Shown here piece after piece: positions 26,557-39,281 of a DNA stretch of 64,000 nt. This stretch comes from Laetmonice hystrix (taxonomy: Eukaryota): assembly GCA_965235115.1 (NCBI GenBank), contig OZ249441.1, forward strand, positions 5,890,001 to 5,954,000. Direction: 5' to 3'. Numbering within the stretch: the first letter of the stretch is position 1; each line of letters begins with the position of its first letter. Made by a program: the position numbers and the translations under genes. The notes below the pieces were generated by a model. The model did not search any database. It worked only from the letters and a program-made list of their open reading frames with translations, and was not told where the DNA came from.

Positions 26557-28369
26557 TACGTTTTTGTCGGTGGACGTCCCAGGCCGTCAACGAATTGCGG
26601 CAGTTTATTACGCCACCTGGCGGAACGCCCACGCAACTCTCAGGCCATGTCCGACCGGACGAAGAATTCATCATAAATCGGTGTTTGGGGGTGGGTGGAC
26701 GCAGCAAGGTGGCTGCCAGGCACCTTCAAGTTGACAGCTACTCATTGCAGCCACATAGTTCAGTCCAACACACCAGGAAGTAAAGTTACTCTTGGTAGGT
26801 GCTGAAATATGTTTGCCATATATCTAGTGCGGAGAGGCATAGGACCTATAGCGAAGAATCATTGACCAATCGTTCTAACACGCCCTGTCGCTGCTGGAGC
26901 CTAGACCCCCCATTCACCCACCCCCCCCCCCCAACACCCCCCTCCCACACCCTTAGAGCAGAGCTAGCATTCTCTAGGTTGTGGGCAGTTTTATTGTGAT
27001 TGATGTCCAGGTAATCTCAGAGATTGCCCGGTGTGGAGTTGTGAATGAACCACGCCCTTTTGTCGCGGCTGAGCCTCAACACCCAGAGATGTGGGACTGG
27101 TCAACATCTGCACGGTGGTAAGGTCTACCATACAGGTCATCTAACAACACCCTCTCTCCCTCCATGCCCACAATAAATAACGGGCGTTTGGCCAATAAGT
27201 CATTTATAACCCTATAGCGGGAACGCCGCGAGCCATCCTTCCAGGTTACCCTAATTTCATACAATGGTAGTAATAATCATCGCTATTGTCATAAATGACC
27301 GGTGCTGCGACACAGCTGCCTTCACCCGTTAACTCTATACTTTCTAGGGTAATCACATTATATTACCCACAGTGGACTATGGCAGCAGCCAGAGCTGGAA
27401 TCCTCCTTTCTCTATGATGACACGCGCCCTAAACTTAACGGGTCGAGTGGCGAAAGGGGCCAGCAGGCCGACTACGTCACAATAAGGGACCGTCGGCGGT
27501 CGACACTTAATACGTCACAATGGGCAGACGACATTTGGGAGACCGCACAATGAGCGTAGCGATGACAAAGGAGTCGGAGGCAGATGGGCTGAGGTGGGAC
27601 GGGGGACTGACATGAGTATCATTCTGCAATCAATTCTAATTGAACAGTGCAGCGATGATGTAGGGGACCTCACAGAGCGACTGGCCCTCTTAAATATCGA
27701 TTTCCCAAAGTGATTTGATGCGGAACTGATAATCACGACAGTATGAAAAATGTATTTAGATCTATATCTCAATGCAAGCAAGATGGGACTGAAGTCAATA
27801 CAAGCAAAATGATTCTACTTCTTATTTAACATTGTATTCTCCAAATTGAGTTAAGTGTAGCCTACAGGCAAATTCTGCTTAGAGTGACATGTGCCTGTTT
27901 GATACTAGAAATGGGATTTGCCCATAAAAAGTAGCCTAACTGTCTTCCATGTTTGCCAATGGGGCCGGGGTTATAGCCAACAGAGGTAGTGATTCCACTT
28001 GCTTGGTCTAGTTTACAAGTGTCTTTTATTTGTGCCGTTTGCCGCTGCCGAGAGCATTCCAGAGTAACTTTTGCATTGAAGAGCACAAAACACTTATTTG
28101 GAAATGGTCTACATGGTACAGAAATGCCTCCTATAATTCCGTGAAAGCACGTAAATTATGTCACGGGAAAAGAAAAGAAGACTGGAAGTCAGCGTTACCT
28201 GTTATCTTCAGGGTGGCGTAACATCCTCGACAAACCTGAAATGTTGACCTGAAGACGTGACATAATACAGAAAGGAATTTTACAAAGTCAACCGGCGCCG
28301 GGAGAGGGAGTGGAGTTATTGCTTTGTGAGGAAGGAAGTGCCGCAAGCTTTCTTCTAACTCAAGTTTCT

Positions 28370-28683
28370 CAGTGGCGGACCGGGGGGGGGGGGGTTGTGC
28401 AGGGGGTGCGGACCCCCCCCCCCCCCCCTCCGGACTTTCGATGGTAGTTATTCTCTGTTCTCACATGCCGGGCTTTTTCTTTTTTTGACAAATATTATGC
28501 CTATTGGTAGGCTAGGACTAAAGGCTTTGAGAAACGTCACAATCTCCATATGCCGGGAAATAGCATTTTATTAAAAAATTCGATTTTTTTTCTGGGGTGG
28601 ACCCCCAGACCTCCCGCACATGTTTGCCTCGCGCCTTCAGTGGTCGAGGGCGCTTTTTTTGTTCAATGCTGGATCTGCGCCTG
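28370..28683. mobile_element. MITE-like element with CAGTGGCGGA...GATCTGCGCCTG termini and G/C homopolymer subtermini
   Basis: Imperfect inverted termini; related termini occur at 58492-58571, 28723-28733 and about 6700. Confidence 0.5.
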
Positions 28684-28935
28684 CTGTATAGGGGTCAAAC
28701 TACGGATGTGCACCCCCTCTTGATCCGCCCCTGTTTCTTGTGTCCAATGGGGATTTTGGCGCCCAAGAAAACGAGAGTGCATGGTGAAAGGTATCCAAAG
28801 TTCTGTAGTTAGAGACAGGAGCTAACAGGCGCAGAGTCAATAGCTCTGTCTGAGACGTTTTACGGTCTCTTTGCAAAATGTCAGTCAACCCTTCAAACTA
28901 ATGACCGTCTCAGCCATGCAATCAGCCGTCCCCAG

Positions 28936-29343
28936 CTGGCTGCCTACAACCAGAACCTCACCACTGTCTGGTTCCTGTCTGCTGGCTGCCTACAACCAGA
29001 ACCAGAACCTCTCCACTGTCTGGTTCCCGTCTGCTGGCTGCCTACAACCAGAACCAGAACCTCACCACTGTCTGGTTCCCGTCTGCTGGCTGCCTACAAC
29101 CAGAACCAGAACCTCACCACTGTCTGGTTCCCGTCTGCTGGCTGCCTACAACCAGAACCAGAACCTCACCACTGTCTGTTTCCCGTCTGCTAGCTGTCTA
29201 CAACCAGAACCTCACCACTGTCTGGTTCCCGTATGCTGGCTGCCTACAACCAGAACCAGAACCTCACCACTGTCTGTTTCCCGTCTGCTAGCTGTCTACA
29301 ACCAGAACCAGAACCTCACCACTGTCTGGTTCCCGTATGCTGA
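28936..29343. repeat. 52/46-bp minisatellite, about 8 copies
   Basis: Unit gctggctgcctacaaccagaaccagaacctcaccactgtctggttcccgtct. Confidence 0.96.
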
Positions 29344-30082
29344 CAATACCAATCCAATCTCTCCAAGTGGTGAAAACCTACAAACCACAAAGATAGGAAC
29401 GAGGCTCCCAGTTCATGTGGCCATAATGTATAGGGGCAGCCGGCATGTTGTCAAAGGGTTACCTTGACCTGGTATTGTCCAGCGGAGCCGCTGTGGTCGG
29501 TGATAAAGATGGCAATGGAAGAGGTCACGGAAGTCAACCACCCGTCGTCCTTCAGAACGTGTCAATTGTGTGCATCATCCAGCGTGCAACTATCAGGGTA
29601 TAGATCACTGAACTCTTTTAGAGATTGAAGACGGCTACTATGGTATTAGTAATACACACCCTCATTTTGGTGTCAACCTGTTGTTACCATAGCAATCAAT
29701 CTGTTTCGGCAGTCTAGACGATCGGCTAATGTAGCGTGGCTCTCTACTCGGTCATCACAGTAACAAATGAAAGGTTAATTACTTGGATGAGGAACGTTAC
29801 CTTAGCAACACTTGTGCACGACTAGATAGTAGAACGCCGGTGTGACGGGTGACGATATGAACAAAATGTGACTGTTTCTCAGCGCGTCAGTCTCCTAGCA
29901 TTCCCATAGTATTCTCTAATAATGAGGCACTTCTAGTTGGCAAAACGTTGCAGTCAGCAGGGTAAAGGTTGTTCTAACTGTTGACAGGTTATTACTGATT
30001 ATCCTGTGAGTTTCTAATGAACATAGGTAATGGTCTCCCAAGCGCTCCCCCTGCGAGCGCTGCCCCACGACTTCAGGAGGAG

Positions 30083-30195
30083 TTTGTCAGTCAGTTCCTT
30101 CCCGAAGGTCGGTGGTTTCCTCCGGGCACTCCGGTTTCCTCCACCAAGAAAAACGTGATATGACCCTGGCTGTTGCAAGGCATAAAACCCCAAGT
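30083..30195 (+). mobile_element. 5'-truncated SINE with V/Meta-type conserved core and 3' tail
   Basis: GGTGGTTTCCTCCGGGCACTCCGGTTTCCTCCACC matches the core of V/Meta-type SINEs as I recall it, followed by a gatatgaccctggctgttg...aaaccccaa tail. The family name needs a Dfam/Repbase check. Confidence 0.6.
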
Positions 30196-30801
30196 ACGCA
30201 AATACCCACTTCAGGAGGACATGGTCAGTCGATAAATCAATGGTCCAGTGACCAGCGGGTCACGTGACCTGGCTGGTGCCCATAGACTGTCCCTCCCGGC
30301 CAGGAAACGCTGGACGAATTGAACCAATGTTCTAATGGACAAGACCCACACCCCCTTTTTTGTCTGACCATGCGTGTGTCAGTGATGTCCGACCACCTAC
30401 CGTGTGACAACATTTCATTTTGTGAACTTTTTTTAGTTTGTCCAGTAATGACAATCCTATACCGTACCACAGGATGTCAGCTTGGGTAATTCTAACACGT
30501 AATGACCGTACTTAAGTATAGACCCCGCCGGACATCCCCTTTGGTCATCGGCCCACGGAATTGGGGGTGGAGGTTAGGGGGCAGGGCTGGACATAGAGAT
30601 AAGTTTTAGGAGGTTTGGGAACGGAGGTTGAGGGTTCCAGTTATTTGAGGTCAAGGAATATTGAGAGATCTTTAGTTCGGACCACCGAATTTCGTCAAAA
30701 ACAAATGTTACTGCATCCGCTAGCCGGGACAGACTAAACTGTACATGGTGACTCACTTTGTGCTTTAGGCACGGAGGAAATATCAACCTCTGGGGGAGTC
30801 G

Positions 30802-31043
30802 TGTCAGAAAAAAAAACACTGTTAAACAATGTATATACTGTGGGCAAACAGCGGCAGGCCCTGTCAGAGTCTCACTGGAACCCCATGGTAAGTTCTCCTC
30901 GAGATTTGAGTGTCAGAAATAAACACTGTTAAACAATGTATATACTGTGGGCAAACAGCGGCAGGCCCTGTCAGAGTCTCACTGGAACCGCATGGTAATA
31001 TCTTGTAAGTTCTCCTCGAGATTTGAGTGTCAGAAATAAACAT
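30802..31043. repeat. About 106-118-bp direct duplication (2 copies)
   Basis: aaacactgttaaacaatgtatatactgtgggc... occurs twice; the second copy has a 12-nt insertion. Confidence 0.93.
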
Positions 31044-31430
31044 CGATCATCAATCCTCACCCCAAACTTAATCCGAACCCTTAGACCAAGTCCCCAGTTC
31101 TAACTCTAACCCAAGCCCTGCCCACTAACACTGACCACTATCGCCATCTTCCGTGGAAATCTTACCATGGTGGACTAACCGACAGGCTCTGTCATGAGAG
31201 TGTCCGTGCAGGCCGCCACGGTGACTGGAGGATTGTATTTATATTTTGACACTTGGAGGCCGGAACATATGCTTAAGGCATTACTTTTGTCATTGAATCA
31301 TATATTGTTCCATAAAAAGAGTTCTTCCCTGTTCTTTAAACAAACATTGTTTAACGTAGAAGCTTCACTGCTTATTTTCAGTGGAGATTTAAGTGACACC
31401 TGTACCCATTATTTCAAAAAATGAGACTTT

Positions 31431-31549
31431 GTGGCTTTAACTGGTGGCTTTAACTGGTGGCTTTAACTGGTGGCTTTAACTGGTGGCTTTAACTGGTGGC
31501 TTTAACTGGTGGCTTTAACTGGTGGCTTTAACTGGTGGCTTTAACTGGT
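31431..31549. repeat. 13-bp x9 tandem repeat (gtggctttaactg)
   Basis: Direct inspection. Confidence 0.97.
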
Positions 31550-32183
31550 GACGCAGTCGGAGTGTGCATTAGGTCCGCTCTATCTCAGCCTAGTTTACTG
31601 ATGGTTGACCAAGACTGATGGTTGACAAGACGTAAATGAGATGTTACTATACTAGTACATGTACTTGAGTCGGATGGCTGACCCGCTGACCTGAGGCTTG
31701 GACAACAAACGGAATAACAGTCCCTGTTTTATAATGATTGCTTTTTACATTTTGCTTTCTGCAAATCGCCCCAGGTACTGTACGTATCTGAACGAAAATC
31801 ACATTTCATTAAATGGTCGTTTGTGCTGATGACCTGGTTTCAAACGAATTGCAAAGACCATTCCTAGGACGAAGAGCAATGACAAACGAGGGAAAAAGGC
31901 TGATGTAGCCAGCTTAAAAAAGGGGACACCTGGTTCCTGTTCTGTCTTTTCAATGTGGATTGAATAATAAGTGAGTTTAATGTGGCCTTATTCTGCAGTT
32001 CACGGCAGCAATACGTTGTATTCTTATATTCTTATACAGACATGTAGACCTATCCTATAGGAAGTTTTATAATGCGCTTATCATCACTACCTGGAACAGA
32101 CGTATTATTCTGGTGATGACTCTGAAACTGACGGAGAAATATATCGCCTGACTCTTCAACTGGGCCCAGTTCGTAAAAATCTA

Positions 32184-32327
32184 AGATCTTGCTTAAACTT
32201 AAGGCATAATAAGCTTAACGCTCCCGATTGGCTGGTCTACTAAGACCAGCCAGCTTAAGCTTAACGCTCCTGATTGGCTGGTCTACTTAGACCAGCCAAT
32301 CAGAAGCGTTAAGCTTATGCAAGATCT
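32184..32327. repeat. Long hairpin (30-bp arms, 2-nt loop) with an upstream partial copy; likely MITE core
   Basis: 32256-32285 versus 32288-32317, one mismatch; partial duplicate at 32210-32255; outer agatcttgc/gcaagatct. Confidence 0.85.
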
Positions 32328-33288
32328 GAAGTCAATCCATCGCTCCTCATGGAGATTCTTGGCTTAATTAAAGACACGAGTCTAAAGGTTAAAGGTCACT
32401 TTAGTGATTGTCTTACGCGTACAATTGCATTCTACTGCGGGACCAACGCTTGTTAACGCAGGTGTGGCACAGATAGCAAGTCGAAGTCTCCATGGCATCA
32501 TACCAAATTGAATTTTCAGTTTTAAATATTACTCCGTAACCGGACTGGTCGTCGCACAGGTTTGCCAAGATAAATGGCGTGATCCGCTCCAAGTTTTTGT
32601 TTTGCGGGGGGGGGGGGGGGATTTCCAAGATTGGTTCTTCAGTGGATCTGCAGCACACAAGCTAATACTTCACCTCTGATTCAGGAGTTGTGAGACACTC
32701 AGGGAAATCCAACATCTGTGTGGCTTTCTTTGTCCTGCAGGTCGCAATGTGGTCCAACATGTCTCAAGATGGTTAATGCACTGAGCCAGGCCTATAGTGG
32801 CCAGCATGAGAGGAATGGTACTCGGTACACGGTACAGTTACCTCAAGCCCTGAGGACGGGTGTATTATCATAATTGGCAGTGTGACCTACGGGTCAAGAT
32901 GATGTTAGGGTCCTCAAGTAGCCCTCAGGCTGACACACATTCAAGGTCACTGGCTCATTGACCGTCAAAACATGTTAGGGACCAGGGCAACCTTGTCTTT
33001 TCAACCAGACTTGACGATGGTCAGTCTCAAGGAGTGAGAACTCGCTATAATTAAGGGGGCGGGAGCTCCTCAAGGCATTGTTGTATGACCCCCTCCAATC
33101 CCATCGGCGGTGGCACCCGTTAATAGTCTAACCCAAGGTTTACTTGTAAGGCTGTGATTTCAGGGTCAAGAACTTGAACTGGAAAAAGAAAGGTGTCTCA
33201 GATAGTTGACATCCTTTGGCATCAGCTTTACGGGACTGAACAGTAAAGGCATTTATGATTTTTTTCTTATTGGATTTTTCATATATTG

Positions 33289-34468
33289 TCGCTGTAGCCG
33301 TCAGAGGGTTAACAACCCGCTGTAGCCGTCAGAGAGTTAACAACCCGCTGTAGCCGTCAGAGAGTTAACAAACATGCTATAGGCGTCAAGGAGTTAACAA
33401 CCCGCTGTAGCCGTCAAGGAGTTAACAACCCGCTGTAGCCGTCAGAGAGTTAACAACCCGCTGTAGCCGTCAGAGGGTTAACAAACATGCTGTAGCCGTC
33501 AGAGAATTAACAACCCGCTGTAGCCGTCAGAGAGTTAACAACCCGCTGTAGCCGTCAGAGGGTTAACAACCCGCTGTAGCCGTCAGAGAGTTAACAACCC
33601 GCTGTAGCCGTCAGAGAGTTAACAACCCGCTGTAGCCGTCAGAGAGTTAACAACCCGCTGTAGCCGTCAGAGGGTTAACAACCCGCTGTAGCCGTCAAGG
33701 AGTTAACAACCCGCTGTAGCCGTCAGAGAGTTAACAACCCGCTGTAGCCGTCAAGGAGTTAACAACCCGCTGTAGCCGTCAGAGAGTTAACAACCCGCTG
33801 TAGCCGTCAGAGAGTTAACAACCCGCTGTAGCCGTCATAGAGTTAACAACCCGCTGTAGCCGTCAGAGGGTTAACAACCCGCTGTAGCAGTCAGAGAGTT
33901 AACAACCCGCTGTAGCCGTCAAGGAGTTAACAACCCGCTGTAGCCGTCAGAGAGTTAACAACCCGCTGTAGCCGTCAGAGAGTTAACAACCCGCTGTAGC
34001 CGTCAGAGAGTTAACAAACATGCTATAGCCGTCAGAGAGTTAACAACCCGCTGTAGCCGTCAGGGAGTTAACAACCCGCTGTAGCCGTCAGAGGGTTAAC
34101 AACCCGCTGTAGCCATCAGAGAGTTAACAACCCGCTGTAGCCGTCAGAGAGTTAACAACCCGCTGTAGCCGTCAGAGGGTTAACAACCCGCTGTAGCCGT
34201 CAAGGAGTTAACAACCCGCTGTAGCCGTCAGAGAGTTAACAACCCGCTGTAGCCGTCAGAGGGTTAACAAACATGCTGTAGCCGTCAGAGGGTTAACAAC
34301 CCGCTGTAGCCGTCAGAGAGTTAACAACCCGCTGTAGCCGTCAGGGAGTTAACAACCCGCTGTAGCCGTCAGAGAGTTAACAACCCGCTGTAGCCGTCAG
34401 AGGGTTAACAACCCGCTATAGCCGTCAAGGAGTTAACAACCCGCTGTAGCCGTCAGAAAGGTTAACAA
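33289..34468. repeat. 28-bp minisatellite, about 42 copies
   Basis: Unit cgctgtagccgtcagagagttaacaacc. Confidence 0.97.
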
Positions 34469-34610
34469 TCACCAGTAGGTACAGGTTGTGTAGTTAGCAA
34501 CCCGCGGTTGGATGCGGGTCCCACGCGGTGCTAACAACACTTCACGATTCGAATGCCTGCCATGATGCTGACCTGTATTGGTACAGGTATACAACCCAGC
34601 TGTTTCCTAG

Positions 34611-34750
34611 CGCCAGCACGCCAGTCTACGCCACGATCGAGGCCACGAACGGCGCTGTCCGGCCCGCCTACCGGCCAGCACACCTGGCCACACACAGGGT
34701 ACACAGAAAACAGTACTTTCAGAGGTGTGGATCCGGGGATCAGGCAATCG
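34611..34750 (+). CDS. Candidate coding exon, unidentified (ASTPVYATIEATNGAVRPAYRPAHLATHRVHRKQYFQRCGSGDQAI)
   Basis: Acceptor ctgtttcctag|, donor G|GTATGG, GC3-rich codons, phase-compatible with 35071-35181. All three frames are open and a minus-strand exon reading also fits. Confidence 0.3.
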
Positions 34751-35070
34751 GTATGGTCCCCAGCAACAGGTCATTGGTTGTTTGGGCGCGTAATGACCTT
34801 TACAGCAGTTTGTAGTGAAGTGCACATGTAGAGAGTGGTGTCATGTCCTCGCGATGTAAAAGATATAACCATGTGAAATAATATCGTCGTCAGTTTCACA
34901 AAAGATAACCGTGTCTTTCTTCAGAAATCTTCACTGACAACAGACCCAAAATACCCTGAATCTAGAGGCCCTGATATGTAAGATAACCTCTTCAATATGT
35001 CAGGGGTTAGACTTGTTACCAAACAAATGACTGAATCTAGTCGAGAACTATACGTCACTTTCCCTTGTAG

Positions 35071-35181
35071 TCCGAAAATATCAGGCAAACAAATTTTTAA
35101 GGATCAGATTTCTCCGCAAAACTACACATAAGGTTGTAGATGCATACATAAGGGCAGGGCTTTCACTAGATACTCGGACTG
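35071..35181 (+). CDS. Candidate coding exon (RKYQANKFLRIRFLRKTTHKVVDAYIRAGLSLDTRT), possibly RdRP-like
   Basis: Strong acceptor cactttcccttgtag|, donor G|GTGAGA, 111 nt, only one frame open. The family resemblance was judged by eye only. Confidence 0.4.
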
Positions 35182-35543
35182 GTGAGATTAGGTTGTAGAT
35201 GCATACATAAGGGCAGGGCTTTCACTAGATACTCGGACTGGTGAGATTAGGTTGTAGATGTATACATAAGGGCAAGGCTTATAGATAGGCCTACTCGGAC
35301 TGGTGAGATTAGGTTGTAGATGCATACATAAAGGACAGGGCTTTCACTAGATACTCGGACTGGTGAGATTAGGTTGTAGATGCATACATAAAGGACAGGG
35401 CTTTCACTAGATACTCGGACTGGTGAGATTAGGTTGTAGATGCATACATAAGGGCAAGGCTTTCACTAGATACTCGGACTGGTGAGATTAGGTTGTAGAT
35501 GCATACATAAGGGCAAGGCTTTCACTAGATACTCGGATTGGTG
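35131..35543. repeat. 59-60-bp minisatellite, 7 copies
   Basis: Unit ggttgtagatgcatacataagggcagggctttcactagatactcggactggtgagatta. Confidence 0.96.
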
Positions 35544-37879
35544 AGTGGTGCGTCTGTTTTATCTTTCATGGAGTCAACAGCTGGCGTGCGGTACGTGGCC
35601 ACGTTTGAATAAATATGAACAAAGCAAACAATTTTTAAATTATAAAAACGGTATGAACAATATGATATTCACATAACGTATGGACCTATTCATTGGACAA
35701 TCCATAATGCATCTGTATTGGCCCCTTCACTATCTGGGGAAGGAACAAAGAGTTGTCAGTGGGATTGAGACTGCACGTTTTATAATGAAATATTCCAAAA
35801 ACAAAACTTTAACTGTCCCAGATGTTTGGGCAAAAAGAAACACCCGTAAATAATGAAATGCAACGCTGAGCGTCAGAAATTGGTTGTGACGTGGTTGGTC
35901 ACGTGACTAACGTCCAGGAAGACAACCAGACGGCCAACAGATGCCGAGGGTGGGGACCGTCTCCAAACCTCAAGGGTTTGGATGTTGCGTAATTCCGAGC
36001 ATAACGTCGAAACAACGGAAATTGTGGGATTTAACGACATAATCGGCACAGAACAGCGGCGGATGTGTTCAACCAAAGTAATCATGAATGTCGTCTGGGT
36101 TTGAAACCGATCTCATCATATCAACTACAGATGACTAGCTGTGTTGTATTAGCTTATCAGTAATCGGTTTTACATTTTCCCATTATCGATGTAATATTCC
36201 CAGCACGCCAACGCTTTCACTTAAGCTGCTGACATGGGATTGAATTACTTCCTTACATTGTGAACTCGTCGTGTCAGGTGGTTATTGTATAAAAACAGAC
36301 AATGACGCGGACTGGCGGGTTTTATTCAGCAACCCATCTCGATTAAGACCTTATTTCACAGGAATTAAAACCTTTACATTGCTGCAGGGGCACATCCATG
36401 ACGCTCCTGACCTCAAGGGGCGGGTCCCCGTTTCAACGCCAGTTTTTCTTCCCTTTTCTCGAACACGATTTCCGGATCAAACCACTGCTGGATCCCATTT
36501 TGTGCAGCTTGCCTTGCCGGACCCCGCCCTCACCTTTTTCTAAATCATGGTGTTGCCTCTGATTGTTTAATGCCAAGGCGAATACTCCAGACACAATCGC
36601 AAGTAATTATGAAAATATATGAAAGGATCAAATGCAATAAGGAGTCTATCACGGTAGATTTATACACTATGTTTTCTTCATTTGGTTACAAAGTAAAATC
36701 GCATTTTCTTGTTGATGCGTGACTTCCGGTCTAATATTTTAACGCAGAAAGCGATTTTTTTAAACAGCAGAACGAGGTGAATGCGAGGCCAAACGATACT
36801 TCACATCCGGGCGGAATTTATCGCGATATGGTAATACTTTTATGGGGGATGTTCTGTCATGTATACATGGATGTCCGACTACTATTTTACATGATAATTC
36901 ATGCAGTATATGGGCGTGTCGTGTGACTTCGGCTGCTCCACCTGGTTACCGTTTGAAACTGAATCTAAGAAACCTCCTCATCCAAAACAAGCCGTGTTTA
37001 CTAACACTGCCATGTTGATAATTGTCATGTTAAGTCTATCGTAGGCCAGTTTATGTCATATCTCGTTATAGCGCATGACGAACTCGGACCAAGCGCATGC
37101 GTAGATACATCCGGCGTAACATAGAGAAGAGACACGTTAAACAGTGCACATTTCTATACTTGACCTTACGTTTACACACCAACGTTTGGGATCAAAGATC
37201 GACACAATTCATGGGTCAGTTGGTCATACGTCATATTAATACATGTCCATACGTCATAATACATGTCCATATGAAAGGAATGTAACCTTAGCATGTGTTT
37301 GTTTACACATATAGTGGCACATCATAGATTTCACGGACAGGGCCCCTGATCATAGGATTGTTAATTTGTAGCTCAATTACATGTGATTTTCATAAGCAAC
37401 TAGCATCAGTATTATAATGATACATAGAGGCTGACATGACTGCAGTAATGATACCTCTAGGGCCATACTGAATTGTTGTATACCAATGTTATAATAGTTA
37501 TTTCCCAGGGAGCCATATCTTGTGGAAGCCCATGAAATATTTCCTATCGTTGTAACGCTCACGTGCATCCCACGTGGTCCGATTAAGCACCCCTCCACCC
37601 CGGTGTTGATAAGGCGGGTTGAACCGAGAGCACCTTCTACTCGATTTACCCCATCATGAGGGTTACCAAGTCGATTTACCCCATCATGAGGGTTACCAAG
37701 TCGTCACCATGACAGGACGGACCAATATAGTCGACGATAAAAGGGCTGAAATATAGCTTCAAAACAAAGTATTGGTGTACTCTGCTGGTGTATAAATGTG
37801 TATCAAAAATAACTCGAATACCCTCATTGCTAGCCCTGCCCTCATCCCAGTGTTAACTGAGAGCACCCTCCTGATGACT

Positions 37880-38065
37880 GCTCTGCCTCTAGCCCCCTAT
37901 TCCTAGCCCCCCTATTCCTAGCCCCCTATTCCTAGCCCCCTATTCCGAGTCCTAGCCCCCTATTCCTAGCCCCCTATTCCTAGTCCTAGCCCCCCTATTC
38001 CTAGCCCCCCTAGTCCTAGCCCCCTAGTCCTAGCCCCCTAGTCCTAGCCCCCTATTCCTAGCCCT
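37880..38065. repeat. C-rich simple repeat (ctagcccc/ctattc modules)
   Basis: Direct inspection. Confidence 0.93.
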
Positions 38066-39281
38066 GCCTCCAGCCTATATGTCATGATGATGTTATCATG
38101 GGGGAGGATAACGTTGTGATGACGATACTTGACGGACTGCTCCGCTGGTTTCCGGACTCGGATACCGAAACCGATAGATTTGACTTTCGATCTGGAGATA
38201 ATTGGTTGAGATGGGGGTGTTAATGTGGGTGTATGATAACCTCCAGGATCGTCCATATCATCCCTAATAACCTGGCGCTCGCCGGGAGCAGGGTGTGGGG
38301 TTTATCAGGGGCCATGTAGGAGATCGATCCTATACCCCACAGGGTGTGTGATCTGGGTGGGGCTCCATGGGCACGGATTGGGGCCAAGGTTTGGGTGGAG
38401 GGGGAGGGTGATGGTAGGGGGTAAGAACCCAGGGTGGGGTGGGATGGGGTAGGGGACAAGAACCAAGGGTGGGGTGGGGGGGGGGGGTAAAAGGGTTCGC
38501 CGCCCACCGCGATCCGTTTATTACTTTCTGACGCCGAACAGGGATTCACTTCAGTTTTGCGTTACATATCTAATCTATTTCTCCATATTTTCATCACCCC
38601 AGGCATTCCTGCTCATGAATGTCATATAACCCCATAAAGATCACGTATCGTATATGTGGGGTATTTACCCTGATCACTGTGATGTCCATGGGGTGTGAGG
38701 TTCCCAATGACCACACCCGTTACCCACAGCAGGCAGTGTAACCTCCCAAACAAATACCATTTCTGTTTATACGCCGACAATCTGTCATTTCTTTATTTAT
38801 GGGGCCTACATACAACCAGCATTTATATAAAAAAAATACAACTGGTGTAAAAACAAAAACAATGGCTCCTTTCTAGAAAACTGTATGTAGATGAAGGCCG
38901 CTGTGATATTGAGGTCTGTGAGGACTGCAGGTTTGTTTTGAAAATGGCCGATATTCTTGTATATTATATCCCTTTTACTAAACTTAAAATTTACATAAAT
39001 GTCCTACCATAAATGTTTCCATAACTACATAACTATTAATCATTCCAGAGGAGCCCTTTCAATTGACCTCTGGCAGCCATGATGCAGTTCACTTTTAAGT
39101 TAACCATACTTAGGAACGGACTCGCTCCTGTGAGCATGGTGCGACGTAAGACATGCGGCCTATGTATGCCTATACATGTGTATGAGCGTTGACTGAGTGC
39201 CACGCCCATGGTCTGTCAGTCGGTCCCCGGGCGGTGTGGGTCGGCCGGGATATGTCCCACCCACGCCCGGCATCTCACGGT

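Noticed and set aside
32738-32870. SQCGPTCLKMV resembling a peptidase C39 active-site motif
   Set aside because: Short match in a frame that ends at a stop about 45 codons on, with no supporting exons.
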